A stretch of 64,000 bases of DNA from a virus (IMGVR_UViG_3300025018_000142:10353-74352); one strand, 5' to 3'. Positions 50,701 to 61,343 are shown, numbered from the stretch's first letter. Made by a program: numbers and translations. Notes: generated by a model not told the origin, from the sequence alone.

Positions 50701-52002
50701 TCAGCTTACCGTCCCAGTACCGACAACAACAAATTCCTCTGGGAACTTGTGCATCACAACCATTCTTACGGTTGCTCGGAGTGCAGTCATATCCTGTTTG
50801 AAGAGGTTTATGCTTACACCGTCTGCGTCAGTAACTGTTGCGTGTCGTGATTCCAAGAACTCGATCCCTCGCTTTCTGTAGAGACGAACTCGCTTCAAAT
50901 CACCGAATACTGCGTAACCTTCGTTAGCATCTCCAATGTCAGTGATTGCTGGCATTGCATCAACTAATACGATACGAGTACCCCATGGTGTTTGCATACC
51001 CATCGACGGGAGCCAGAGATAGTGACCATCAGTTCCTTTGCACTTTCTGATAACGTTCCAGAATGATTTATGCATGTACCAACTACCAAGCTGCATTGTT
51101 CTGGTTGACACCATCACTTCTGCATCAAGTAGGTTATCCCAAATAGCATCTGTTGGGTTTGCACCGATCGTTACTGCTTTAGTTCCGGCAATATGCAAAA
51201 TACCTTCTTTGTTAGCGGTTCGGTCAGTGAAGACCATTATGTCTGCAATACGAGCCATTTCTTCTGCAAAGCCATCTTGTACATCCATCCAAAAGTCGAG
51301 CGCTGCATCTTCGATAAGAAGGTCAGATGAAATTGCATACCCTGCAAATTCACGAAGCTCAACCAATACCTGTTCGATCCCGAGTTTAGAAGCAGCCTTA
51401 ATTCCACCTTCTGCAACTTCGGCCATGACTACATTACTACCACGCTTATTAGACTTGATAGCATTTCTATCTGTTGGTCGGATAGTTGCTTCTGAGAATG
51501 CGATACCGTAATTCAAAGCAATCTTCTCAATTGCAACTTCGAATTCAGGATCCATAATCAAGTAGCCACCATCTGCATCAACCGTTTCGTTGTTATATCC
51601 TGCTTTTGCACGTAGCTCTAACGCTTTCGTGTTCCACTCGACTAAGCTTTTCTTCTCAGCCTTCATGCTGACAAGGTCAATCGCTGCTCGTGTGAAATAG
51701 AGGAACTTAGTAACACCAAAGTCTGCGCCTTCATCGGAAGCATCTTTGATTTTCTTGTCCAAGACACCTTCAATTTTTTCAAGTTTCTTCATAAACTCTT
51801 CGTTCGCTGCTTTTACTGCCTCAACTGATTTCGCAGTGATAGCATCAAGTGCTTCATCGGTAACTTCAATGTCACCAGACTTCGCTTTCAATGCTTCGAG
51901 GTCAGATAATTCTTTTGCGTCTTTAACGCTTAATTCGAGACCTGCAACTTTAGCACTTTGTAATGCTTTTAGTCTCGCCAACTGTTCTGCTGTGAGTTTC
52001 AT
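50701..52002 (-). CDS. Major capsid protein, HK97 fold, with N-terminal delta domain
   Basis: DADGGYLI.PEF, S.DLLIED, W.MH...W..I.K.K..DG.YLW, VFGDL motifs. Confidence 0.9.
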   Translation of the reverse strand: MKLTAEQLARLKALQSAKVAGLELSVKDAKELSDLEALKAKSGDIEVTDEALDAITAKSVEAVKAANEEFMKKLEKIEGVLDKKIKDASDEGADFGVTKFLYFTRAAIDLVSMKAEKKSLVEWNTKALELRAKAGYNNETVDADGGYLIMDPEFEVAIEKIALNYGIAFSEATIRPTDRNAIKSNKRGSNVVMAEVAEGGIKAASKLGIEQVLVELREFAGYAISSDLLIEDAALDFWMDVQDGFAEEMARIADIMVFTDRTANKEGILHIAGTKAVTIGANPTDAIWDNLLDAEVMVSTRTMQLGSWYMHKSFWNVIRKCKGTDGHYLWLPSMGMQTPWGTRIVLVDAMPAITDIGDANEGYAVFGDLKRVRLYRKRGIEFLESRHATVTDADGVSINLFKQDMTALRATVRMVVMHKFPEEFVVVGTGTVS

Positions 52003-52008
52003 TTGTTT

Positions 52009-52773
52009 TTATTGTTTAGAACTTAATATAACCCGCCTTATTGTCGGTTGTTCATCCTTGGCATCAATGTGCTCTGCAGGTTTCGCTCCCTCCAACATAC
52101 CTACTAATTCTTTAAGATTTACTAGGTACTTATTTCTATCATTCTCTGATAGTCGACTGACCTTGTCAAGAGCAGCTGCTTTACTAAGCGCGTCTGAATA
52201 CTGCTTTTTGAACTCAGATCGTGATATTCCAATGCTTTCAAAGTCTGATTTCTTAAATGCTGACTTGGCCATAACGAGTGCATCAGGATTCGCTCCAACA
52301 GGTACTACTGAGAGTTCAACCATTTCGAGCTGCTTAATTACTGTAAAGTCATCGTTCCACTCTCGAACAATACCGCCGATTGAAACTGCGTTAATATACC
52401 CACCGAGCACCATCTGGTATACGGTATTTGCGAACTCGTAGATGTCGTAAGCAAAGTGGATTCTAGCCATAAGGTTTCCTGCGTCTTTCCATAGTTTCGT
52501 TATCTTTCCTATTGAAAGGTCTGAGTATTCGTGCGCCCATAATACGGTTGGATTGCGCTTTATTTGCGATGTATCAATTCCGTTAACGACAATCTTCTCA
52601 CCGTGACGATCTAGAGTTGCATTGCTGACAACTACATCAATCTCACCTTCGCCCAAATCTGCACTTGGCGCTGCTTTTGATTTCGATTCTAATCCCTTTG
52701 TAACAGCGACAACCTCAATACCTGCAGTCAGGTCGACTCTCTCATTAACTTTCTTTTTCATTTTGAACGGCAT
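52009..52773 (-). CDS. HK97-type prohead protease
   Basis: DRHGEKI, VLWAH, IGK, AVSIGG, ELSVVPVGANPDA. Confidence 0.9.
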   Translation of the reverse strand: MPFKMKKKVNERVDLTAGIEVVAVTKGLESKSKAAPSADLGEGEIDVVVSNATLDRHGEKIVVNGIDTSQIKRNPTVLWAHEYSDLSIGKITKLWKDAGNLMARIHFAYDIYEFANTVYQMVLGGYINAVSIGGIVREWNDDFTVIKQLEMVELSVVPVGANPDALVMAKSAFKKSDFESIGISRSEFKKQYSDALSKAAALDKVSRLSENDRNKYLVNLKELVGMLEGAKPAEHIDAKDEQPTIRRVILSSKQ

Positions 52774-52930
52774 CTTTTTCGTAATTAATTAAGCTTGCTC
52801 CCATCAATCCTTCGCTAGTAACGAAGTTGATTGTCACAAGTCGTTTACAACCGTGGCACATCACCTCAATATTAGCAATTTTTGCTTTGAATAACAATTT
52901 TTTACAGTTCGGGCAATAGACGTTTTTCAT
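52745..52930 (-). CDS. Com-like zinc-finger protein
   Basis: YCPNCKKLLFK...IEVMCHGCKR. Confidence 0.7.
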   Translation of the reverse strand: MKNVYCPNCKKLLFKAKIANIEVMCHGCKRLVTINFVTSEGLMGASLINYEKDAVQNEKES

Positions 52931-54984
52931 TTGATTGGTACCAACCTACATTTACAATGAGGATGTAAGTCCGCATAACTTACATCAGCATAATCGTTAT
53001 TATATTCACCACCATCTTTGCCGGCAACGCTTCCACCTTCAGGAACAAACGGAGTTCCAATATCTACTTCTTGGCCAGCCATCGCCTCGCAGAATTCACA
53101 AGCATCTGGGTTTGGTTCCCAAGCGAGTCGAGTATAACCTTGGTCTTTATAAACCTCTGCATTAGCAAAATTGACTGTTTTGTGAACCTCTGTATCAGCA
53201 ATTCGTGTAGCTCTAAATCCCTTCGCCTCAGAATAGACGTCACCTACTCGTTGCGTTATTTGCTCGATCGGTTCACCTTTTTCTAGACCCTGAGAAATTT
53301 GCTGTTGTAAGAGTCGAGTAGTATCAGCGTTAAAAGACTTCATTAAACGTTCTGTGGAGTTGAATATCCCATTACGCTGTGCTTGCTGTAGTATGAATTC
53401 TGCTGATGGTTTGCCTAGTGCTTCAAGAGCTGTTTCACCCGATTTCACGAACGCACTGAGTAGCCATGCGACAAGATTTAGCGATACCTCTTCATCACTA
53501 AACTCCAATTCGAAATGAACGCCATCGTATTTTACTCCCTTTTCAATGCTCTTAGACGTATAGCGCTCTACCAAAGCAATGACTTCTTTCTTCTGTTCGT
53601 CAAGTAAACTTCGAAGTCCCCTGCGCATGAGGTTCGAGCTGTTGGCCTCAAGCTTATCTAGTGCTAAAAAGAGGTTTCTTCGTGCCTTTTCAGCTGTATG
53701 AATATGCTTGTGTTTATGTTTTAGCGATTTTGTCGGTGCAACTGCAGGTTGTGCTTCATTAGCAACTTCAAGCGGTGCGTTTGTGAATGGAACATATAAC
53801 ACATCTCCACCCAGAATAGGTGCGAGTCCTTTCTGTTGTCGCACTTCGTTTCGTGTCATCCACTTATCAACTGCAGCAACGTTCTCGGCGAGCATTGAGG
53901 CTTCATCCTTAGGAATACGAGAGACGTGGCCTACTCTAGTGTCTGTTTCGCCCCAATATCTTCGAAGTAGGGTAGTTAATGCATCATCATAACGGTTATA
54001 AATAGGGTCAATTGTACGTTTTGCGTAGATGTATTCAATAGCCTCAATGCCGGATCGACCTAATCCGCTTCCCGGTGCTGTACCTAATATTTCCATTGGC
54101 ACTTTAAAGAGGGTTCTGATTCTCTCGTTGTTAACACGAGTAAGTTCCGGTATTTGGATGTCAGTAAGTGAAAGTCCCACCTTAGTAAACTCGGTTTCAG
54201 AGGCTCGTACAAAGACTGTCTTTCCAGCGTTATTAGCGCCAGTATATTTCTCCTTCCATTGTTCCTGAATCTTTTTAAATGCTTCCTTAGAGGCTTTACC
54301 TTTAATCGAGAGAATACCCGCAGGTGCTGCTTGATTCTTAAGAACTCCCCATTGGAATAATGATGTTTCGTTTTCAATATCAACGTATAATTTTCCGCCT
54401 TCGACAGGGCCGAAGCCTCTCGTTTGGTCAGTAGGACTGAATATCTTGAGGTGTAGAATTTCATTAGGCTCAAATGGTATATCATCACCCTTCGAGGTTC
54501 TATAAACATAACCGACAATAACGCCTTTATCTATTGCAATACTCATTCTATCCGGCCTCATAACTGCAGAAATATACTTTGGTCTGCCTGTCACTTGCCC
54601 AACAACAATGTAAACAAACGCTTCTCCTGTTAGATCTAGATAAGTCTGTGTAGCCTCAAATAGCTCATACTGCGAAAGTTCTGTGTTTGGATTCTCGAAT
54701 AGTTGAATAAGCGGATGGTCTTTTACACGCACATGTTCCCCATTAACCGTTTGACTCGGTCGATATACATAGGGTTCGTATTGCGCTACATCCTGCGCAC
54801 GTGTAGTGATGCAGGAGTAAACTAGACCACGATATTCCTCGAGTAGTTTGCGCTTCGAAACCGCTCCCCGCGACCAGTCCCCGAAAATGCTAAATGCTCC
54901 ACCTTCCCCCATTGGATACCATCCCATTGTATCCTGAATTGCTTTACCTATAGTTTGAAATATATTCATATTTGTTTTATCCAA
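52927..54984 (-). CDS. HK97-type portal fused to a Mu gpF / SPP1 gp7-like domain
   Basis: Portal motifs (HPL..LF.NPN, GEAF, EILHLK, MTRNEVR) then RATRIADTEV..W...ACEFC...LHPHCKC. Confidence 0.85.
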   Translation of the reverse strand: MDKTNMNIFQTIGKAIQDTMGWYPMGEGGAFSIFGDWSRGAVSKRKLLEEYRGLVYSCITTRAQDVAQYEPYVYRPSQTVNGEHVRVKDHPLIQLFENPNTELSQYELFEATQTYLDLTGEAFVYIVVGQVTGRPKYISAVMRPDRMSIAIDKGVIVGYVYRTSKGDDIPFEPNEILHLKIFSPTDQTRGFGPVEGGKLYVDIENETSLFQWGVLKNQAAPAGILSIKGKASKEAFKKIQEQWKEKYTGANNAGKTVFVRASETEFTKVGLSLTDIQIPELTRVNNERIRTLFKVPMEILGTAPGSGLGRSGIEAIEYIYAKRTIDPIYNRYDDALTTLLRRYWGETDTRVGHVSRIPKDEASMLAENVAAVDKWMTRNEVRQQKGLAPILGGDVLYVPFTNAPLEVANEAQPAVAPTKSLKHKHKHIHTAEKARRNLFLALDKLEANSSNLMRRGLRSLLDEQKKEVIALVERYTSKSIEKGVKYDGVHFELEFSDEEVSLNLVAWLLSAFVKSGETALEALGKPSAEFILQQAQRNGIFNSTERLMKSFNADTTRLLQQQISQGLEKGEPIEQITQRVGDVYSEAKGFRATRIADTEVHKTVNFANAEVYKDQGYTRLAWEPNPDACEFCEAMAGQEVDIGTPFVPEGGSVAGKDGGEYNNDYADVSYADLHPHCKCRLVPIK

Positions 54985-56401
54985 TAAAAGCTATATCATC
55001 CGCAGTAGTGATTTGAGAATTATCAGCGAAAGTCAATGCTGCAGAGTCTGCGACATCTGGCGAACTCGCTTTAATTCCTAAGTCTTTCATGACCTTCTTC
55101 AAATCTTCCTTTGGCTGTATTTTAAATCGGCGTTCACTATCGCTTTTATAGTTTACACTGAGTAACTCTAAAAATCTATCATCTTTCACAATTCTTCCAC
55201 CCTTCTTAAGCCATCGCAGCAATCGATAATACATGTACGCACGCATGTTAATGAACTTGTCTGACTCATCTTCGGGTGCAGATTGACCAAACATTATCGC
55301 ATTAATTTCCATTCCCTTTTCTTTGAGACGATCGCTTACTCCTTGGCCTAATCCACCAGCATCGAGTGAAATATCAAAGTCCTCCAGCTCATACTTCTTC
55401 GCAATGTCCTCAACAATAGGTACTTGTTGCATTGTATCGGCAATTTTATTAGTGCTGTGAAGCCACATAACTTTCTTGGTGCGCAGAACATAAGAGCTTC
55501 TGTCGTTACCACCACCAGCAAAGTCACCACCGAGTCGCTTTCTAAACTTAAACATTCCCTTTTCTTCTGCTTCTTCACGGGTAATCCACGACTTTTCAAG
55601 TAGCTCCTCGGGGATTAGTACTTGATATCCACCCGTAAGTAGATTGTTTCTGTCGGGGAACTTACACTCGTAAAGAACATCAAAGAATGCTTCCTCTCGC
55701 ATTTCTTCAATAAAGTCAGCGGAGTAGCGGCCCTCTCGCAGTGCCTGTTTATAGTCAATGAATATTCTGTTGTAGTTGTGATTGTTCCAGCTACGATAGA
55801 AATGATTACGATAGAACGGATTACCAATCTTTAAGAGGAACTGGTCTTTATGGCCACCGAGCATACGTAAAACCATCGCCTGTACATCATCAGGAACAAG
55901 CGATGCTTCATCTTCAATAATATTAGGGCTTCCGAAACCAGTTAATGCTTCTCGCACGGCTTGGCTGTTCTTTGTATTTGCAGTGAATGCTTTAATAGCT
56001 CCACCGCCTTTGAATGAGAGTGAATCCTTTGTGCGCTCCCTGCGTAATCTATCGAGGGGCATATTCGCATCGAGTTCGAGTAGAGTAAAGAAGCGTGGAT
56101 GGTCGAATGCATGTTGAATAACACGTCCCATTATAATCATCGACTTATCCATCTGCCCAGAAATGATAGCAAAACGCTCGTTAAAAGTGGTAACACGCAT
56201 CAGGAGAGCCATTGCAACCGTATCAGATTTACCATACTGAGTAGCAGCAATCACCTGATTACGTGGAAATTTCCTCGTGAAGATTATCATAAATAAGTCG
56301 GCTTGCCCATCTGTCAGTATAAATGGATCACCGTTATCGTTCTTGAAGAACGTTTTTACTAGGTCTTTAGCTGTCTGTCGGGCTATCAGGAGTGGTTCCA
56401 T
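54977..56401 (-). CDS. terL: Terminase large subunit
   Basis: ATQYGKS (Walker A), IIEDEA (Walker B), GGDFAGGGNDRS nuclease motif, SPDVADS. Confidence 0.9.
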   Translation of the reverse strand: MEPLLIARQTAKDLVKTFFKNDNGDPFILTDGQADLFMIIFTRKFPRNQVIAATQYGKSDTVAMALLMRVTTFNERFAIISGQMDKSMIIMGRVIQHAFDHPRFFTLLELDANMPLDRLRRERTKDSLSFKGGGAIKAFTANTKNSQAVREALTGFGSPNIIEDEASLVPDDVQAMVLRMLGGHKDQFLLKIGNPFYRNHFYRSWNNHNYNRIFIDYKQALREGRYSADFIEEMREEAFFDVLYECKFPDRNNLLTGGYQVLIPEELLEKSWITREEAEEKGMFKFRKRLGGDFAGGGNDRSSYVLRTKKVMWLHSTNKIADTMQQVPIVEDIAKKYELEDFDISLDAGGLGQGVSDRLKEKGMEINAIMFGQSAPEDESDKFINMRAYMYYRLLRWLKKGGRIVKDDRFLELLSVNYKSDSERRFKIQPKEDLKKVMKDLGIKASSPDVADSAALTFADNSQITTADDIAFIG

Positions 56402-57032
56402 CAGATTTTGGTACTAGTTTTCTTAAATCTTCAGAAATTCTTTGTAACTGCTCTACTCCGTTTTGCAATTGCGGAGCTTCCAACTCTACTGGCTGAGTAG
56501 CTCTCCCAAACGCACGGTCAAGTAAACTTTCAAGCGCCTTATTATCTGGAGACTTTGTCGATATAAAATAGTAATCGTTTCCGTCAATAAGATTTTGGTC
56601 TAACGCCTTCTTAATTTCTTCTGGATCTGTTACAAGAACATTCGTTTTTTTTAGCTTGCCTTTATCATCTTCACTGATATCCACCCTGAAAAGAAAATGA
56701 TTGCCGACTGCAATTGCAAGTTGTGCATTGAACAACTTATCGACATTAGAGCGAACACGCTCCTGAAAAGCCCTAAGTGCTTCACGAGTTGCTAGAGTTG
56801 TTTTATTCTTAGAGCCTTCTTTTCTTCCTGCACCTTCTCTGAATCCTCCCCTTTGTCCTGCCGGCTCATAAGATTGATTCGAAATTGATTGATTTGTCAA
56901 ATTATCAATTGCTATAGGCTCTACCTTTACTTGTTCTCCATCTGTGGGGGCTACTACATTCTCAGACTGAATCTCCATCGGTTTATCAATTGTAACATTC
57001 TCGACTATGGGACTATTAATCTCTTCACTCAT
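56367..57032 (-). CDS. terS: Terminase small subunit
   Basis: RGGFREGAGRKEGSKNK motif, LLDRAFGRATQPV; directly upstream of terL. Confidence 0.7.
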   Translation of the reverse strand: MSEEINSPIVENVTIDKPMEIQSENVVAPTDGEQVKVEPIAIDNLTNQSISNQSYEPAGQRGGFREGAGRKEGSKNKTTLATREALRAFQERVRSNVDKLFNAQLAIAVGNHFLFRVDISEDDKGKLKKTNVLVTDPEEIKKALDQNLIDGNDYYFISTKSPDNKALESLLDRAFGRATQPVELEAPQLQNGVEQLQRISEDLRKLVPKSDGTTPDSPTDS

Positions 57033-57202
57033 GATTAATCAAATTAATTTATCTTTTTATCGTTACTCCTACTACAATCACCACACTACCCTACTCTACT
57101 GGTAGGTGTGCCAAAATGCCATTTTTATGCCTTCTTCGGCATTTCACCGCTACCCTACCCTATTCACAGACGTGTATACATAAATTACTATAGGTTAACC
57201 GT

Positions 57203-57973
57203 TTACACTTTTCCTTCTATTAAGTGCCATATCCGATCTGTTTCCTTTTTATATTCTAGCACTATGCACTCTGCATCAGGTTCAATGACCCTAATTGAGT
57301 TGTCGTGGCCTACTTTTACCGAATAATCTATGAAGTTGAAGTAGTCATTGTCACTCATTGCAAGACCGAAGTTCACGTCTGGGCCGAAGAAGTTGTATTT
57401 GAACCCCTCACAGGAGGCTATCGCCTCCGCTGTTGTAACGAAGAAGTAAAAGCCTGCAGCGTGTACCTGTTCTATTCCGTGCTCTTTAAACGGTACTGTT
57501 ACCATATTGCCATTCTCCTTTCTGCGCCACGCCCCAAGCATCTTATACCCCCAGCGCCCAGCTTCCACTCCGGAAACGAATCCGCACTTGCAATAGGTGT
57601 TTATGTACCTGTCTTTGAACGTGCTCTCTAGAGTAAGGAAATCTCCCTGCTTGAAATTGCCGTCGTCTTCAATGCCCAGCACTAAGTCAGTTTTATCCTG
57701 CATATACTCTCTGATAATGTTCCATACATGAGTAATCCTAGCTCTACGTTGAATTACATTGTGGCTATTAGGTTCCTCCGGCCACTTGGTTGCAATGCAT
57801 TCGAAATTAATGTCTTTGAAAATTCTCTGTATCTTCTCCTGACTAATCCTGGGATTGTCCAAGACAATCAGAAGGTGTTTTTCATAATCGCCCACCTCTA
57901 ATTCTCTAATCTGTTTCGCCATTATTTCGAGCCTGTCCTCCCGAGAAAAAGGCATGACTATTCTGAGAAGCAT
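57203..57973 (-). CDS. GT-A fold (GT2-like) glycosyltransferase
   Basis: RIVMPFSR, LGIEDDG (DxD), GFYFF, GPDVNF; ATG 57973 preferred over track start 58003. Confidence 0.65.
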   Translation of the reverse strand: MLLRIVMPFSREDRLEIMAKQIRELEVGDYEKHLLIVLDNPRISQEKIQRIFKDINFECIATKWPEEPNSHNVIQRRARITHVWNIIREYMQDKTDLVLGIEDDGNFKQGDFLTLESTFKDRYINTYCKCGFVSGVEAGRWGYKMLGAWRRKENGNMVTVPFKEHGIEQVHAAGFYFFVTTAEAIASCEGFKYNFFGPDVNFGLAMSDNDYFNFIDYSVKVGHDNSIRVIEPDAECIVLEYKKETDRIWHLIEGKV

Positions 57974-59013
57974 TGTAAATATCGTGGTTTTAAGACTTCC
58001 CATGATTGGGACTCCGCTATTTGTCTTGCGACTCTGCTTTGCTCTTGTATGAACTCTACATCTTTAAATTGGGTAATATTGGCCACCAAAGCCTCGACAT
58101 CTGCTTCATATACCAGAATATCGGCATGGCCCCTGAACGTGTCCTTTTGGGCCGATTTCACGAGCCATTTTTCTGGCAGTATTGCGTTATTTGGTGATAC
58201 GTCAGTCATGACCACAGGGACACCCCAAGAGAGAGCTTCCTGCATTGGCAAACACAGTCCTCCGTATCGTCTCGGTAGAATTAAGAGATCGCCGTTCTGG
58301 AATAGGTCGGCATTGTTTTCTGTGTCAGTGAAATACGAAAGGTGAGCGAGATGTTTTCTGACTTCTTCTAGCTTTTGTTTCACGGGCGCGAAATATTCAA
58401 TGGCTCTTGGGTCGGAGGGAGTCTGGTAATACACGATGTAATTGAATTCATTACCAAGTCGCATCGCTGCTTCAAGGAATGAGAGTGTGCCGTTCCTGTC
58501 ATGCACTGCTGGTCGGCCGATTATGTGAAAGAGTGTTTTGCACTCCTTTATTTGCCTCGCTGGATGGTCAATTTGTATCGGTACAGGAAGGTGAATAACA
58601 TCACTCTTACCAAGCCCTTTAACAATATCAATATTCCACACAGTCGGCCCTGCCAAGACAGTCGGCCCCTGCCACTCAGGATGCCTGAAATAATCTAGAA
58701 ACTCATAGTTGTATGCGTTGACTGTCTTGATGCCTCGTGCCTTTGCTGCTTCAAATAGGTAATTATTGAGAGGAGTTTCGGCCATGAACACAACATCTAG
58801 AGCGTTAAGGAATCTATCTATATCCTGCGTTGTTGGAATACCGCTCACCCACTGCGTATTAAAGTCCTTGTACCAATCTCTGAATATTGGCATTTTATTG
58901 TATTGCGAAAGGTCAATTATCATGAGCTTTGACGGGTTCAGGTGTTCGGCGTAGTCCTTCGTCTGATATCCAAGCCCCGTTTGAGAGGCATAACATAATA
59001 TTCCTAATTTCAT
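57958..59013 (-). CDS. GT-B (GT4-like) glycosyltransferase
   Basis: DLLILPRRYGGLCLPMQEALSWGVPVVMTD. Confidence 0.8.
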   Translation of the reverse strand: MKLGILCYASQTGLGYQTKDYAEHLNPSKLMIIDLSQYNKMPIFRDWYKDFNTQWVSGIPTTQDIDRFLNALDVVFMAETPLNNYLFEAAKARGIKTVNAYNYEFLDYFRHPEWQGPTVLAGPTVWNIDIVKGLGKSDVIHLPVPIQIDHPARQIKECKTLFHIIGRPAVHDRNGTLSFLEAAMRLGNEFNYIVYYQTPSDPRAIEYFAPVKQKLEEVRKHLAHLSYFTDTENNADLFQNGDLLILPRRYGGLCLPMQEALSWGVPVVMTDVSPNNAILPEKWLVKSAQKDTFRGHADILVYEADVEALVANITQFKDVEFIQEQSRVARQIAESQSWEVLKPRYLQCFSE

Positions 59014-59028
59014 ATTCTTCTGAATTAA

Positions 59029-60735
59029 TTAATATTTAAATGTATCTTCAAACTTACTCTCGCTTTCCCTTCCATCCAAATTATAACTTCTTTTCATATC
59101 CCCTTCAGGAGCATAAATCATTACCTTATTTTCATTCCATCCAGCCTGACCTCTCCTATAAAAGGATTCCTGAACTCTTCCCAATATACCATCCTCAATC
59201 ATTCCATAAGCATCGGGTTTAAAGAATTCAAACAATATCTTTTTATAGAAATCAGTTGATGCAAGATGAGGTCGTTGCGACCATTGGCCAGTTCGAACCA
59301 TCGGTACTCCCATCACATTTATCGGAGAAGAATCCAACATGAGATTCCTATGCACAGGTAAGATAAGGGCTTCATGATGCAACCTGATAACATTCGCTTC
59401 TCCCTTCTCAATAATACCGACCATCTTCTCAAATGGAATCTCTTCACAAATAGGGGTATCGTGTTCATTATAAAGAACCATTGAAGTCTTAACCATCCCG
59501 ATAACAGCCCTAAACTCTCCAATCTGATGTTCATGATTCTCCAACACAACGGGCAATACATTCTTATATTCAAAATTACACTTCCATAACATTCTCCGAA
59601 TATATTCATCATACTGCGAACGAAAAACCCTATATTCTTCCCTCAACCCATCGAAAGTAATAATGATCTCGCATTCAGGAAGATGTTCTCTCACTCTCCT
59701 AATGGTTTCTTCAATAATCTCGGTACTAGGATGAGATTTTATAAACGATGATGGAATAACAACAGTAATATTGTCGATCAACCCATTCCTTTCAGGGCTT
59801 CCCACAAAAGTGAATATATCATCCCTTAAATTATAGACCAGCTCTCTCTTATAATTCTGCCACCAAGCATAAACCTTATTCGCAGTATGGGGATAAACAT
59901 CATTATGAAAATTAATAGTATCCTTAATTCTCTTCCAAGAATTGACCAAGGTGAAGGGCAACTCTCTATCTCCGAAAATCAACCTCCAAAAATCATCAAT
60001 CTTCTTATTAGGTGGCAAATTATCGACCAACGGAAAACAACCACCCTCCAACGCTTCATATAACCGAAAACTATCAGGAACAACAGCACCCGAAGGACAA
60101 ACTGCTACTTTTGAACTAACCATTTCCCTCCAAAAATCCTCCTTCTTAATTCCCTTCGTGAACGATTCCGTTTCTATTAACAGCCCGTTGTTGGTATCAA
60201 CATCCCTCAATCCCTCAATACACTCGATCCTTCTTTTATGAGTAACCTGACCAGCAAAAAACCATCCATTCTTTTTCTCCAAAAACTCATTCCCATATTC
60301 CTTCATCACTTCTCTCATCCCTTCAGGATAGCCATTAGGAAGATACCTATCGACCTTTTCCCTCTTCCCATGAGGTAACATCAAATAAACCTTCATCCGA
60401 TCATGAACTAATTTCTCTGTAGGGAAACTTCCATCCTCATCCCCAATCAACATCACGATCACCCACTTCAATGACTTAATATCCTCATTGATCTCATCAA
60501 TCTTATCAAAATGATACCTTGCAGGAATAACGACAACTCCACCATCCATTCCCCTCATCGGTACTACACGATTGACACGAGACAAAGGTAAATTGCTATA
60601 ATCAAATTCAAACTCATATCCGTTCACAGGTTTCCATAATTGATCGCTCATTAAATCCTTAATCAATCCATAATCCCAATATCCATCATTAGGTGTTTCG
60701 GATTTGTAACTCTTGAAATATACAGGGATTTTCAC
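59029..60735 (-). CDS. Bifunctional glycosyltransferase (exostosin/GT47-like + GT-A)
   Basis: FFAGQ, SSKVAVCPSG..DSFRLYEALEGGC.P; C-terminal ITVVIPSS..ITFDG..YNEHD. Confidence 0.7.
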   Translation of the reverse strand: MKIPVYFKSYKSETPNDGYWDYGLIKDLMSDQLWKPVNGYEFEFDYSNLPLSRVNRVVPMRGMDGGVVVIPARYHFDKIDEINEDIKSLKWVIVMLIGDEDGSFPTEKLVHDRMKVYLMLPHGKREKVDRYLPNGYPEGMREVMKEYGNEFLEKKNGWFFAGQVTHKRRIECIEGLRDVDTNNGLLIETESFTKGIKKEDFWREMVSSKVAVCPSGAVVPDSFRLYEALEGGCFPLVDNLPPNKKIDDFWRLIFGDRELPFTLVNSWKRIKDTINFHNDVYPHTANKVYAWWQNYKRELVYNLRDDIFTFVGSPERNGLIDNITVVIPSSFIKSHPSTEIIEETIRRVREHLPECEIIITFDGLREEYRVFRSQYDEYIRRMLWKCNFEYKNVLPVVLENHEHQIGEFRAVIGMVKTSMVLYNEHDTPICEEIPFEKMVGIIEKGEANVIRLHHEALILPVHRNLMLDSSPINVMGVPMVRTGQWSQRPHLASTDFYKKILFEFFKPDAYGMIEDGILGRVQESFYRRGQAGWNENKVMIYAPEGDMKRSYNLDGRESESKFEDTFKY

Positions 60736-61343
60736 TTGTTTACCTGAGCTACTTTAGTTGCTGTTATCCATACCCAGTTCGGGAATACAAGTCCGCTGTC
60801 AATGGAGACAGGATCGAGTCCTGTGTTCCTCAACCACTCTGCCATTTCTGAGTTGTGCCTTTGCCAAGAAAAAGCTATTTTCTCGTCCCCGGACACATAC
60901 TGGAATCTAAGTACTCCATCGTCTTTCAGTACCCTTTTAGCCTCGTCGAGGTAAACTTTAACGCCCGCGTCATCGATATGCTGAAACACTGCGAGCGAAT
61001 ATATCGAGTCGAAAGTTTTGTCAGGATACGGAATCGAACGACCGTCATTCAGTTTATACTCCACTTTTTGTCTTGGTTGCACGTATTTATTGACACTCTT
61101 TAACATTGATTCCGATATATCTACTCCGTAAAATGAGCACTTTCGATAATCATTATGCCTTGCTATTTCATTAATCATTCTACCGATACCACAACCAATC
61201 TCTAGAATTTTCCAATACTTCAAATGTCCGTGAATGGCATTAAAGCAATCTTGCTCTAGGCCGGCATCACAAACTGCACTGTCAATATGTCCACCATTTG
61301 CCTCACTTTCCCAATATTCACGCTCAAATTCTACTCTATTCAT
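60732..61343 (-). CDS. Class I SAM-dependent methyltransferase
   Basis: ILEIGCGIG, YGVDIS, FDSIYSLAVFQHI, LKDDGVLRF. Confidence 0.85.
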   Translation of the reverse strand: MNRVEFEREYWESEANGGHIDSAVCDAGLEQDCFNAIHGHLKYWKILEIGCGIGRMINEIARHNDYRKCSFYGVDISESMLKSVNKYVQPRQKVEYKLNDGRSIPYPDKTFDSIYSLAVFQHIDDAGVKVYLDEAKRVLKDDGVLRFQYVSGDEKIAFSWQRHNSEMAEWLRNTGLDPVSIDSGLVFPNWVWITATKVAQVNK

